Under the pieces are notes generated by a model that worked only from the letters and a program-made list of their open reading frames with translations, made no database searches and was not told the origin of the DNA. DNA of 64,000 nt from the human T2T-CHM13v2.0 reference genome, Homo sapiens. A program made the position numbers and the translations under genes. The stretch lies in contig CP068257.2 in assembly GCA_009914755.4 (NCBI GenBank), forward strand, positions 12,992,001 through 13,056,000. Direction: 5' to 3'. Of the stretch, positions 16,201 through 28,350 are shown one piece after another (the stretch's first letter is position 1; each line of letters starts with the position of its first letter).

Positions 16201-17165
16201 GACATTTCCAAAAGAGGACATACAAATGGCAAACAGGCATGTGAAAAAGTGCTCAACGTCATTTATCATCAGAGAAATGCAAATCAAAACTACAATGAGA
16301 TGTTATCTCACCATAGTTAAAAATGCCTTATATCCAAAACACAGGCACTAGTAAATGCTGGTGAAGATGTGGAGAAAAAGGAACCCTATTTCACTGTTGG
16401 CGGGAATATAAATTAGTACAACCACTATGGAGAACAGTTTGGAGGTTCCCCAAAAACAAAAAATTGAGCTAACATATGCTCCAGCAATCTCACTGCTGGG
16501 TATATACTTCCCAATTTGTTGCAGTACTGTTACAATAGCTAAGATTTGGACACAACCTAAGTGTCTATCAACAGATGAATGGATAAAGAAAATATGGTAC
16601 ATATACACAATGGAGTATGGTTCAATCATCAAAAAAGAATGAAATCCAGTCATTTGCAACAACATAATTAGAACTGGAGATGATTATGGTAAGTGAAATA
16701 ATTCAGTCACTGAAAGACAAACATCGCATGTTCTCACTTATCTGTGGAATCTAAAAATCAAAACAATTGAACTTGTGTACATTGAGATTAGAAGGATGGT
16801 TACCAGAGGCTAGGAAGAGTAATGGCATTCTGGGAGGAAGCTGGGGATGGTTAATGGGTACAAAGCAATAGAAAGAATGAATATGAGCTACTATTTGATA
16901 GCACAATAGGGTGACTATTGTCAATAATAACTTAATCGTACATTTTAAAATAATTTAAAGGGTGTAAGTGGAATGTTTTTAACTCAAAGGATAAATGCTT
17001 GCGGGAATGGATACCCCATTCTCCATGATGTGCTTATTTCACATTGCATGTCTGTATCAAATCATCTCATGTACTCCATAAATATATATACCTACTATGT
17101 ACCTACAAAAATTTTAAAAATTTGAAAGAATGAAAAAGCATCAAGGGCAAATGATACACATTGCA

Positions 17166-17185
17166 ACACACACACACACACACAG
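17166..17185. repeat. (CA)n short microsatellite
   Basis: 'acacacacacacacacacag'. Confidence 0.7.
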
Positions 17186-18162
17186 CAGGAAGCTATGAGG
17201 ATAAAATAAATTCAAGGCATGCTTTGAAATAGCAAAAATATTTTACAAGTACAGTCAAGAAATTAATATTAATGTTTAGAACATTAATAATAAAAATATT
17301 ATTTATTCATTTTTATCCTTGTATGAAAAAATGAATTTAAAATGCATGAGTTTGGATTTAAAATCATTGTGTAATGTATTATAACTTCTTTGTATTTGGG
17401 AAGCAAATTTATTAATCAAATTGACTTTTTTAAAAAGATATAATTAGTCTAGTTATGACATCATCTAGAAGCAGTCTTAAAAGAGAGAGGTAGACAGTAT
17501 ACACTTAGCATATTGAAAAGTTCTAGGTATATTAACATATAAGTAAAGTGAAGATTGGATGCCTTGTCTACCTTTAGAACATTTGGCCAATATGATTTGC
17601 TGTTTCCGCTTTTAAGTAACCCCTGTTCCAAACACATTACAAACTACTGGGAAAATTATTAAGAACTAAGTAAGTCATGAGTGCTCTAAAATACGTAAAC
17701 ATGTAGGGAAACCTAACAGAAATACAAAGTAGTGAGTGAAACTAAAGTTTTAGACATATTAAGCTCCCATCCCAAAACAGACAGCATTGGACAGATCTTA
17801 AACCCTGAGGGGTAGCATGCAATCGATGTCCTCTACATGAGGCAAACTCCATGATGGAAATACAGGGCCTATGGTAGCAACCACTGCTATAAAAGAGGGC
17901 TGAAAAAAGCTTCTGCCAACAGCTGCTAGGGCTCTTGCTTACAAGAAGATATGGGCCAGAGAAGCAAAATTTAACAACACGGCCAGCAAAACAGAATATG
18001 AAACAAGCTACCAATAGTTCAGTGTCTAGATTAGTAATAGTTCATATATCTGCTTGGAATAAGATCTCTGGACCACCAATGTAAGCCCTGGTTTTTAATT
18101 GGGGCATCAGGAAGACATGAGATTTTTTGCCTCACTAGTAGATAAAGCAAGGCGAAGAAGCC

Positions 18163-18212
18163 AGGAAAGAAAGAAAGAAAGAGAGAAAGAGAGAGAGAAG
18201 AAGAAAAAGAGT
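18163..18212. repeat. (GAAA)n/(GA)n purine-rich simple repeat
   Basis: 'gaaagaaagaaagaaagagagaaagagagagagaagaagaaaaag'. Confidence 0.7.
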
Positions 18213-19249
18213 TGTCATTCTAAATTAGCCAAAGCACATGAAGAGATCAAATGCTGAGGAAGAGAGCCAACTGAATTGACAATCAGAAAATTAAACCATT
18301 TAATTCCAGATGAAATTAAAATCATAAAACAGATGGAGAGATAATTTAAGAAAGAATATATATAATCTCCAAAGAGCTAAATAAAAATGTAATATTAAAG
18401 AAATAATTTATGATGAAACCAAAACAGAAATGAAACAAAAATCATTAAATAGGAACAAAGAACAATTACAAAGTCTTGAAAATGAATAATCACAGAAATT
18501 TATATTAAATAATCAAAAATTAAACTCTAGACCTTTCATAAGAGAGAATTAGAAAATGCTGAGTTCACTTAGGGTGCAGCATAGAAGGATAAATAGAAAA
18601 CATGATACACACAGGTAAAAGGTTAGAAGATATATTAAAAGATGACAAAATACTACTAATAGAAACTCTAGAAAAAGAAAATGATGGAATATTCCTATTA
18701 ATGCAAGAAAACAACAGATCAATTTTAGGTATTAACATAGTTTTTAAAATCCTAAATAAAATATCAACAAAATCAAATAGTACCTATAAAACTACATTAA
18801 GACCAATTAGTGTTTAATATAGAAATGTAAGAATGCTTCAATATTTTGATACAGATTAAAATATTTAAAAGGAAGTTAATCTCAATAAATATTTAAGGCA
18901 TTTGAAAAATTTTAAAGTTTACCCACGTCAAAATCTTAGCAAATTGGGAAAAGGCAGGACTTCCTTAACCTGAGTAGAGTTATTTAAAAAAAATTTCCTC
19001 ATGAAGACTGAATTATAAATAATTATATGAGCATTAGAAATAAGAGTAGGATGGCTGATATCATAGCATTCCTACTTGTCAATATTATGGAAGCTAAAGA
19101 AGTTGAGAATAACATAAATGCTAAGGAAAGGAATACTTTATAGATTATTTGTACAGAAAATCTGAGAAAACCACAGAGTATCTCTCAGAATTCTTCAAGA
19201 TCAGCAAAATTATTTATTTGGATATCAATATACTAATAATGTGTCTCTA

Positions 19250-19700
19250 AATCAGCATCAACAAACTTGGAGAAAAATTCACAATGGCATCCAAAATTCT
19301 TGGATGCCTAACAATAAAATTATCAAAAGGTAAGCAAGATATCATAGAGAAAATTACAAAATATTATTGAAGGCTATGAAAGAATTGAATAAAGAGTTAT
19401 CTATGTTTGTGGATGAAAAGACCTAGCACCATAATGAAGTCAATTTCCCCTAAAAATGGTGTAAAATTCAAGTTCATTTCAGTCAAAATCCCATCAAAGG
19501 TATTCATATAATTTGACAATATGAACCTAAGTTTATATAGAAAAAAGACGAAGTCCAAACTTTCAAGAAGGACAAATGGGGAGCAGGGTATTCTTCTGAA
19601 TAAGACTCACTTGGCAGCAGAATTATTAATATTTTAATAAGTGCTTAAAAGAACAAGTAAAATGAAAGGGATAGAAATGAACCAATGGGAAAGAATAAAG
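19250..19700 (+). mobile_element. Ancient L1 (L1M-like) ORF2 fragment, highly degenerate
   Basis: Conceptual translation shows weak but collinear similarity to the L1 ORF2 region 'ENYKTLLKEIKEDLNKW...[15 protein letters not shown]...KNKVGGLTLPDFKTYYKA'. The surrounding sequence at 18230-20100 is A-rich and L1-like. Boundaries are uncertain. Confidence 0.4.
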
Positions 19701-22554
19701 AATCCAAATAAAGACAGAGGCAGCATTTCAAATTATTGAAGAAATTGTGCAGGAGTAATTGATTTGTAACCTCATGGGTTACAAAGACATGTTAAATGCA
19801 ATAACTATATGATGAGCTCAACAAGAAAAATCACTGTGCCTCAAATGAGCAAGTTTTCTAAAAGCCTCATCATGACGTAAAACTCTAAGAAAAATTGTGG
19901 AGTCAGAGTGGCATGTATAAAAGGATATTTCTGCCTCCCTTATGAAAGATAGACCCCATTTCAAGTTTATAGATCCAAAATAATAGCAATCACCTTTAAT
20001 GGATTATTTATAGTATCCTTGGTTCAGAATGGGTAGTTCATTAAGTTTCTGCCTTTATGTTTCTCTTAAAAACCCCATTTACTAAAAGATTTACAATTTT
20101 CCCCTACACTTAAATAAAAGATGTTTAACTCTTTCATTCTTTCTTTAGCAGTGATCTTTATGTGACACATAATATTTAAAATCACCTGCTTCCCAGAGAT
20201 TTAAAGGTCAGTGTTTTTACATATACCTTCATTTTTTTTAATTCAAGAATCTTTCCATTAAACCAGTGGTTTTTATTCTCTTTTCTTAAATGCAGTGTCC
20301 CATATGTTCACATTCCTACAGCCATGGATAAAACATGTTTTGGATTTTGCATAAGTTCCTGGCAAAAGCTGTACCCCCACCCCTTTTTCAAAGGTTATAA
20401 CAGCACAGTAGGGTGTCACAACACTGTGGTTGAGAACCTACACTAAATTATGTTATGTATTTATTCCACAAGAAGGAATAAAAAACACCTAAGATAATGT
20501 TTATTTTTTAAGTACCTCATACACATTTTCTTATTAAAGCAACTGAATTTGATAACATAAACTTTGCAATGATTCAACAAAAGACTAGGGTTCTTGATGG
20601 TTCCGTCTAATGAAATATGTTTCTGAACAAGTAACTTCTTAAGGACAACTTTAACAGACAGAAAAGAGTTACAGTCATATTGAGTCCATGAGTCAGGACT
20701 TCGAGGCAATCCTTTTTAAGTAAGTGCTCCCTTCCCTATATCACAGAGGAAGACAATCAAGCTCATTATATGGTTATATGTCTTCAGCAGCAGCATTACA
20801 AACGTATGTCACGCCACGCTGAACCATGCTATGTTATAGAAACATTAGCATACTGATTATATTACCATTCAAAATGATTTCAGAAAGCAATCGTCTTTGG
20901 TGCCACACTGCCTATTTCCATGGGAAGTATATTCATATAAACCACATATAGCTCTTTTAGATCAACTAGAAAAGTATGCACAATACCACTTAAATCACCT
21001 GAAATGGGATTTCTGCCATCAGATTTATACGGCACAAAGCAAAGTTGAGAGCTGGCAGTTATTTTGTAAATTGGACTATATGGGCAACAAGAACTCGATG
21101 ATTCAGCCTCCCACAACTCATAATTGCATTTTATTTTTCAAGATGCTCTAAGATTAAACCCCTTATCTTGGCTTAAAATGCCTCCTGTTTAGGTATTACA
21201 ACGTATGTCAGCACCATCTCTACTGCTTATGTTAATCTTATGTGCAATTAGGAAAGAAAACAAACATCAGAACTAGGCCATCTTACTTTCCCAAATGAGA
21301 GGGATCTCCCATCGACATCTTGAAAAACCAATGAATAGACATAATGCCCTGCTGTAAACACAGAAATGAATAAAATTATTTTTGAAATCCATTTTTAAGC
21401 ATTGGCAGATGGTCACAATTGCAGGTTAGAGTTATAAAGTATTTTCAGATCCATGACTACCTGATAACTTTCACTGATCCACTTCAGGCTAAGGAAAAAA
21501 AAGTAATAATGTGAAAACGAATTTGAGAGGTGCTTATACCCTTGAGTAAGCACATCTCCAGGACTGGATTAATCTATTGTACCTTGCATTTACAGTGTGG
21601 TGCAACTCAGAAAACTACCTCCATGGAAGTTTAACCAAGCCAGCATTGAAAGGAATTCATTACTCAAGGAACAAAGAAGAAATTTTGATTCCTGGGATGT
21701 CTCAAAGCAAAGCAAGCAACACAAAGCCTGCATATTTTGCAAAATTTTGTCTCATAACAAATAGAAGAAAATTATTTCTCAAAAATACTGTTCCCAGAAC
21801 ATTATACTTAAAAATTCAACATCAAAATGATAAATAATAGTAATTGTTGCAGAACTCTTTTTAATACTTGTCTTTGAGTAGAGTTGGCTTAAGTGCTTTA
21901 ATGAAAGCATCCTTTCTCACTGTTCTTTGTGATGTGAACTTTCTGAGATGCTAAGTGTATGAATATCATCACATAAGAAGTTTAGAATATATCCTAATTT
22001 CATTCCTTTTGACACAGTAAAATTAAAATGAGAACATAAATGCTGCAAATAAAGGAACTTACCAGCGAAATGCAGAAAAGATTCATTTTGACCAGCTTCA
22101 CTCTCTTGTTGCCCTGCTTTGAAAAATATGATTGCCTCTTGTAGCTCTCTCTTGCCTTCACAGCTGTTTGGCCAGTTCTCATGGGAGATTATTACAAAGT
22201 AAAATCCCTGCCATAATCCAGGGGATTCAGAGACCATTATCAAATAATATAGGCTTTTGTTGAACAAACAATTTCCTAAATTAATGAAGAACGCTGATGC
22301 ATAACATGAGAGAATGAGACTTACCACGATCTGTGTAAACAGATTTCAAAGGTGGCAATGATAGTCCTAAAACCTGCAGTGAAAATGCATTGGAAACAAC
22401 TACAGGCAAACCTGGAGAAAATATTATTCTTCAGGTTAAAAGTAACATCTTCCTCTTAAAAGTGGTAGGTCAAGGGTCCATCTCATATTTCTTCCCATCT
22501 CCCATTCCTATTTTCTCTTTCAACAATTAACAAAACGTTTGATTCGCTACATGA

Positions 22555-24095
22555 CAAGATATAGAGATAAACACATTTTTAAATGGCAAGATATGCAAAG
22601 TGCATAAATCTAAAATGTACCACTTTAACCATTTTTAAGTAAACAGTTCAGTAACATTAAGTACCTCTACATTGTTGGGCAACTGTCACCACCATGAATC
22701 TCCAGAACCATTTCATCTTTCCTAACTCAAACCCCATACCCATTAAACACTAACTCCCCATTTCCCCTGCCCCTCAGCCCCTGGAAACAGCCTTTCTACT
22801 TTCTGTCTCTCTAAATTTGACTACTCTACATGCTTTCTGTAAGTGGAATCAATATTTGCCATCTGGTGGCTGACTTACCTCACTTAGCATAATCTCTTCA
22901 AGGTGCATCCATGCAATAGCATGTGCCACAGTTTCCTTCATTTTTAAGACTAAATAATATTCCTTTTTGTGTATATATCACATTTTGCTTATCCACTTGT
23001 TTGTTGATAAACACTTGGATTAGTTCTACCTTTTGACTATTGTGAATAAGACTGCTATGAACATAGATGTACATATATCTGTTTGAGTCCCTGCTTTCAA
23101 TTCTTTTGGGTATATATCCAGAAGGGGATTGTTTGATTTTTTGTTAATTCCATGTTAAAGAGGAAACACCATATTGTTTTTCTCACTGACTGCGTCATTT
23201 ACATTCTCACCTACAGTACACAAAGGTTCCAATTTCTTTGCACCCTTGCTGGCCCTTGTTATTTTCTGTTTTTTGTTTGTTCATGTTTTTTTTTTTAATA
23301 GTGGCTACCCTGAATGTGAAATGGTATCTCATGGTTTTGATTTGCATTTGCCTAGTGATTAGTGATGATGGGCATCTTTTTATTTGTTTATTAGCCATTT
23401 GTGTACTTTCTTCGGATTAATGTTTATACCAGCCCTTTGCTCATTTTTAAAATTTGGTTCCAGCCTGGGTGCCAGAACGAGACTCCATCTCAAAAAAAAA
23501 AAAATTTGTTTCCTTTAGTTTTTGGTTTTGTTATTGTTGAATTGTAGGTGTTCCTTACATATTCTGGATATCTCTTCTCAGATATGTGATTTGCAAATAA
23601 TTTCTCCCATTCAATGAGCTACTTTTTTACTCTGCTAATAGTGTCCTTTGATGCACAGAAGTATTTTTTTCTTTTTAATTTGATAAACTCTAAATTATCT
23701 ACTTTTGTTTTTGTTACCTGTGCTTTTGGTGTCAAATAAATCATTGCCAAATCCAATGTCAGGATGATTTTTCCCAATGTTTTCTTCTAATAACTTATAC
23801 TTTTATCTCTTTGGGACTTTGTCAATTTTGAATTACTTTTTGTATATGCTGTAATGTAAGGGTCCAACTTTATTGTTTTGCATGTGTATATTCCATTTGT
23901 CCAACACCATTTGTTGAAAGGCTGTACTTTCCCCATTGAATGGTCTTGACAGATTTGCTGACATTTGACCACATAAATGAAGGTTTATTTCTGGGCTCTC
24001 CATTCTATTGCATTGGTCTACATGTCTGTTTCTATGCCAGTATCACACTGTTTTAATTACTGTGCGCTTCGAACTAAGTTTTGAAATTAATGACT
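22555..24095 (-). mobile_element. L1 (L1PB/L1MA-like) 3' portion, antisense
   Basis: Reads as the reverse complement of the L1 3'UTR and ORF2 C-terminal region. '...ttagcataatctcttcaaggtgcatccatgcaatagcatgtgccacagtttccttcatttttaagactaaataatattcc...' matches L1 antisense '...cttagcataatgtcctccaggttcatccatgttgtagcatgtgtcagaatttccttcctttttaaggctgaataatattcc...'. The match continues to 'ggctctccattctattgcattggtctacatgtctgtttctatgccagtatcacactgttttaattactgtg'. Confidence 0.8.
23459..23503 (+). mobile_element. Micro-Alu insertion (extreme 5'-truncated Alu 3' end plus poly-A) nested in the antisense L1
   Basis: 'ccagcctgggtgccagaacgagactccatctcaaaaaaaaaaaaa' interrupts otherwise collinear L1 antisense sequence. 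The flanks 'aaatttggtt' and 'aaatttgttt' look like a TSD. Confidence 0.55.
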
Positions 24096-24164
24096 TTTGC
24101 ATATTGTCTCACTCCAAAAAAAAAAACAACCTTAAAAATGTTCTTTTTTTTGTTTTGTTTTGTT

Positions 24165-24265
24165 TTTTGATAAGAAAATTGAGGCTCAGAAGAATAAGTA
24201 ACTTGCCAAGGTCAAAACTAGAAAATGGTAAATTCTGGAATCTAGTCCAGGGATATCTAGTTCCA
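24165..24265 (-). mobile_element. MIR fragment (core region)
   Basis: 'attgaggctcagaagaataagtaacttgccaaggtcaaaactagaaaatggtaaattctggaatctagtccagg' resembles the reverse-complemented MIR core 'ctgaggcacagagaggttaagtaacttgcccaaggtcacacagctagtaagtggcagagccgggattcgaaccc'. Confidence 0.35.
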
Positions 24266-24489
24266 AATTTTATGCTTTTTATATTAACTATATCATCTTG
24301 TGTAAACTTGAGGATGATACTTAGCTTCTGCGTCTTCAGTAAACTCATCTGTACAATGGCCTGTTAAACCTAGCTATTTGAAAACATCAGCTAAAACTAA
24401 GTGATTTTTTTGGTATTCATTTAGGTCTTTTATTTCTTGATATGCTTGAAATCTAATTGTCTTTTAAATGCACTAATAGTTCTGAAAGT

Positions 24490-25017
24490 TAAATTTATTT
24501 TTAAATTTTTTATTATTTTTCATTTTTTAATTAACAAATGAAAATTGTATATATTTATGAAATACAACATGATGTTTTGAAATATGTATGTGAAATGGTT
24601 AAATTAAACTAATATATGCATCACCTTACATATTTATTTGTGGTAAGAACACTTAAAATCTACTCTCTTAGCAGTTTTCACATGTACAATATATTGTAAT
24701 TAACTAACAGCGCCATGTTGTACAATAGACCTCCTGAACTTATTCTTCCTAACTAAAATTGTGTATCTTTTGACCATCGTCTCCTCCAATTACTCCTCGA
24801 ATCCCCCAGAGCCTTGTAATCATCATTCTGCTCTTTGCGTCTATGAATTCGACTTTTTTAGATTCCGCATTAGTGGGAACATGCAGTGTTTATCTCTCTG
24901 TTTCTCGCTTATTTCACTTAACGTAATATCCTCCAAACTCATCGATGTTGTCACAAATAACAGGATTTCCTTCATTTTAAAAACAATAGTATTTCACTGT
25001 GTATAATACCACATTTT
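24490..25017 (-). mobile_element. L1 3' end (older L1P/L1MA-like), antisense, with its T-rich tail at the left. Direct segment of a minus-strand twin-primed insertion.
   Basis: 'ttgtatatatttatgaaatacaacatgatgttttgaaatatgtatgtgaaatggttaaattaaactaatatatgcatcaccttacatatttatttgtggtaagaacacttaaaatctactctcttagcagttttcacatgtacaatatattgtaattaactaacagcgccatgttgtacaatagacctcctgaacttattc...' matches the reverse complement of the older L1 3'UTR. It continues into ORF2 antisense up to '...taccacattttc'. Confidence 0.7.
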
Positions 25018-25018
25018 C

Positions 25019-25165
25019 CAGCAATCCCACTACTGGCTATATATCTAAAGGAAATGAAGTCTGTATGTTAGAGAGATATTTGTACCTCCATGTTCATTGC
25101 AGCATTATTCCCAGTTGCCAAGATATGGAATCAACTTAAGTGCCCATCAACAGATGAATAAATAA
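25019..25165 (+). mobile_element. L1 ORF2 C-terminal fragment, sense. Inverted upstream segment of the same twin-primed insertion.
   Basis: 'cagcaatcccactactggctatatatctaaaggaaatgaagtctgtatgttagagagatatttgtacctccatgttcattgcagcattattcccagttgccaagatatggaatcaacttaagtgcccatcaacagatgaat' encodes PAIPLLGIY..MFIAALF..AKIWNQLKCPSTDE. In L1 coordinates this lies immediately upstream of where the antisense segment stops (KMWYIYTMEY). Confidence 0.65.
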
Positions 25166-26295
25166 AGTTAAATTTAGATCTTGCAAATAAATTTCTTCAT
25201 CACCTGGTCCTGGACTTAATTTTGTTAAGTAACATTTATTTCCAATAACCTTATTAGAAATAAGATATTCTAAAGGAAGGTATCTATAGCCCCTTGATCT
25301 TAATTAGCAACACCTGGAGATTTACATTGGTACCTTCTGCTTTAAAGTGTTATCAGTTAAGAATGCTTTCAGTTGCAGGTAATAGACTACATGACTGAGA
25401 GTGTTTAATCAAGAAGGATTATTGTTCACGTATAAGAACAGGTCTATGGATTGACAATTGTCACTGAAGGAGAGGGTCAGCAAGATCAGTCATGAGTACT
25501 GTCTATAGTTCCCTTGCCCTTCCTTTCATGATTTGAAGATGGCTGCAGAAGTTCATAGCGTTAAATCCTCACACAGTTGCTTTCGAACACTGGAAACAGA
25601 CATCACATGCACCAATGTCAAGCAGCCCTTCCTGTTTGGCATCCTTTCCATCAGGCCTCCCAAGAGCCTCAGTACCCCTATAGGTTTCACTATTTCTGCA
25701 TACTTTTCCAAGTTAGTACTTTTGAAGTGTATTATTTAAGAAATATTTTGAGATACAATATTAAAATTTAATCAAAAGCAAAACTAAATGAAACTAGGAC
25801 TTTGAGTTTCTTCTTTATAATCTTTTATTTTAGGAGCTATAATATTATTTCAAATTATGATTAAAAAAAGATGAAAAAATTTTCACATATACTCAAAAGT
25901 AGACTATAATAATTCCTTTATATGCCCCTCACATATATTCAACAATTATCAAGATATTGCAAAAGTTACTTCATATGTCCTGTTTTATCCCCTTTTTCTT
26001 TCCAGCTAAAGTATTTTAAAGCAAGTCTCAGCATCATGTTATTTCACTCCTACACATTTCATTCATCTCTAAACATTTTTCACTTTTTTTAGGCAATCAG
26101 AATGCCATTCATAAATCTAAAAATAGTTTCCTGATTACTTCAAATACCTTCCTTTGTCATTCCCCTCACAGAAAGGTATGGTCTGTTTCTCCAATCTCTT
26201 GAATGTCGGCTGAGACTATGACTAACTGAAACTTGGACTATGGCAGAAATATCACTGCGCTAGTTGTAAATCTACCTTTTTCCTTTTACACATTT

Positions 26296-26555
26296 ATTTG
26301 AATTGAAAAATAAAAATTGTATGCATTTATGGTGTCCAGTGTGATGATTTGACATACGTATACATTGTGAAATAAATAAATCAAACTAGTAACATATCCA
26401 TCACCTCGAATACTTATCAATTTTTTATGGTGAAAACATTTACAATCTAATCCCTTAGCAATTTTTAAATATACAAAACTATTATTATTAACTATAATCA
26501 TCATGCTGTACAATAGGTCTCCAGAACTTATTACAAAGTTTCAGTTAAGCCTAGC
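26296..26555 (-). mobile_element. L1 3'UTR fragment (antisense)
   Basis: 'attgtatgcatttatggtgtccagtgtgatgatttgacatacgtatacattgtgaaat...catcacctcgaatacttatcaattttttatggtgaaaacatttacaatctaatccc...actataatcatcatgctgtacaataggtctccagaacttatt' follows the same antisense L1 3'UTR pattern seen at 24540-24760. Confidence 0.55.
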
Positions 26556-26579
26556 TTTTAAGAAAGCTTCTGGCTTCTA

Positions 26580-26895
26580 TTTTCTCCTCTTTGGAACCCA
26601 GCTGTCTTATTGTGAGGAGCCCAAGCAGCATGTAAAGAGACCCACATGAAGGAGAATCGAGAGCTCCGGTGTCTGTCCCATCTCGTCTGCATGATGACAT
26701 GGGCACCAGTGTGCTCACCCTGGGAATGAGGTCATCTTGAAAGTAAGCCCCAGATGAGCCACCTTAGCTGATAGCAGAGGAACCCCATCCCCAACCCCTG
26801 AGAGCCCTGACCAAATTGAAAAATTGTGAGAAAATAAATGATTGTTATTTTAAGCCACTAAGTACTGGGATGGTTTGTTATGTGATAAAATAAAA
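26580..26895 (+). mobile_element. MaLR-type (MLT1-like) LTR fragment
   Basis: Ends '...ctgagagccctgaccaaattgaaaaattgtgagaaaataaatgattgttattttaagccactaagtactgggatggtttgttatgtgataaaata', which resembles the characteristic '...ataaatgtttgttgttttaagccactaagtttgtggtaatttgttacagcagc' terminus of MLT-type LTRs. Confidence 0.5.
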
Positions 26896-27420
26896 AAAAG
26901 CACTGTCTGTAATTAAAATTTTCAATGACCTTAAAGAAAGCAAGAAGGACCAGAAGGAGGAGGAAGGGGAAGAAGAAAAGGAAGAAAAATCTTCTCATTT
27001 GCTCCATGTGAATCAAAATCCAAACAATGACCACATTTGACACTTGGTTGTCATGCCTCTCAAGTCTCTGTAATTCAGAACTCTCACTCTCTCTTCTTTC
27101 TCATTAATTTTTTGCAAAGGATAGGTCTTGTGAAATGTACATCCTGAATTTTTTTCTGGTTTCCTTCTTTGTGTATCACTTAACTTCTTCTTCTATCTCT
27201 GGGATACACTATAAATGGAAATTAACTCTTTCCTAAATGGAAGTTGATTCGATTCTGAGTCAACCTTAAAAAGTGCAAAAACTTTTGATAAGTATTGGGT
27301 ACTGTACTTGACATCGTATCAGGAAGCACTCAATATTTCCCATATTTATTAATACTAAGATAATTTCAACTATTAATTACCTTAACTTAAATTGCCTAAT
27401 TAGGAGCTACAATATGATGG

Positions 27421-27728
27421 TTTTTGTTTTGTTTTGTTTTTTGAGACAGAGTCTTGATCTGTCACCCAGGCTGAAGTGCAATGGCTCGATCTCGGCTTAC
27501 TGCAACCTCAGCCTCCCAGGTTCAAGCAATTCTCCTGCCTCAGCCTCCTGAGTATTTGGGATGGGGTTACAGGCTCGTGCCACTACGCCCAGCTAATTTT
27601 TGTATTTTTAGTAGAGACGGGGTTTCATCATGTTGGCCAGGCTGGTCTCGAACTCCTGACCTCATGATCCTCCCCCCTCGGCCTCCCAAAATGCTGGGAT
27701 TACAGGCGTGAGCCACTGCACCTGGCCC
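27421..27728 (-). mobile_element. Alu (full length, antisense)
   Basis: 'tttgttttgttttttgagacagagtcttgatctgtcacccaggctgaagtgcaatggctcgatctcggcttactgcaacctcagcctcccaggttcaagcaattctcctgcctcagcctcc...gggattacaggcgtgagccactgcacctggccc'. Confidence 0.9.
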
Positions 27729-27886
27729 AGAATGTTTTCTTTTAGTTATGGAAGTGACTGCACATCAATTACCTGGAAAATTTGGTAAAGTAGAAATTTT
27801 TCTAATCAACTAGTGCTGTGGTTAACCTAAAATACAGTTTATAGAGGAACAATTATAACGTGAAAATTTTCAAAAAGTTTGTGCCT

Positions 27887-28251
27887 GTGTAAGTCCATTT
27901 TCACACTGCTATAAAGAATACCTGAGACTGGGTAATTATTGAAGAAAAAAGGAGGCTTAATTGACTCACAGTTTCACATGGCTGGAGAGGCCTCAGGGAA
28001 CCGACAGTCATGGTGGAAGGCTAAGGAGAAGCAAGCACCTTCTTCACAAGGCAGCAGGAGAGAGCAAGAACAAAGGGAGAAGTGCCACTTTTAAACCATC
28101 AGATCTCGTGAGAACTCACTCACTATCAAAAGAACACCATAGGGGAAACTGCCCCCATGATACAATCACCTCCCAGAAGGTCCCTCCCTGGACATGTGAG
28201 GATTACAATTTGAGGTGAGATTTGGGTGGGGACAGAGAGCCGAATCATATC
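27887..28251 (-). mobile_element. MaLR LTR, THE1/MST family (solo LTR)
   Basis: 'tgtgtaagtccattttcacactgctataaagaatacctgagactgggtaatt...ggctggagaggcctcaggaaccgacagtcatggtggaaggctaaggagaagc...gattacaatttgaggtgagatttgggtggggacagagagccgaatcatatca' reads as the reverse complement of the THE1/MST consensus ('tgatatggcttggctgtgtccccacccaaatctcatcttgaattgtagc...ctaatacag'). Confidence 0.8.
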
Positions 28252-28297
28252 AGTGCTCTCTGGTCATTTTTTCAGTGGTGTCCAATAAATTGCTTTT

Positions 28298-28350
28298 TCT
28301 CCTCATCCTCCTCTTCCTCTTCCCTCTTCTTTCTCTCCCTCTCTCTGTCT
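28298..28350. repeat. CT-rich simple repeat
   Basis: 'ctcctcatcctcctcttcctcttccctcttctttctctccctctctctgtctgc'. Confidence 0.6.

Noticed and set aside
21917-22327. A 136-aa minus-strand ORF containing two perfect GTAAGT donor hexamers and plausible acceptors.
   Set aside because: GTAAGT occurs by chance about 30 times in 64 kb of AT-rich DNA. The peptide has no protein-like composition or recognisable motif, the start is a GTG, and there is no other support. I treat it as chance.
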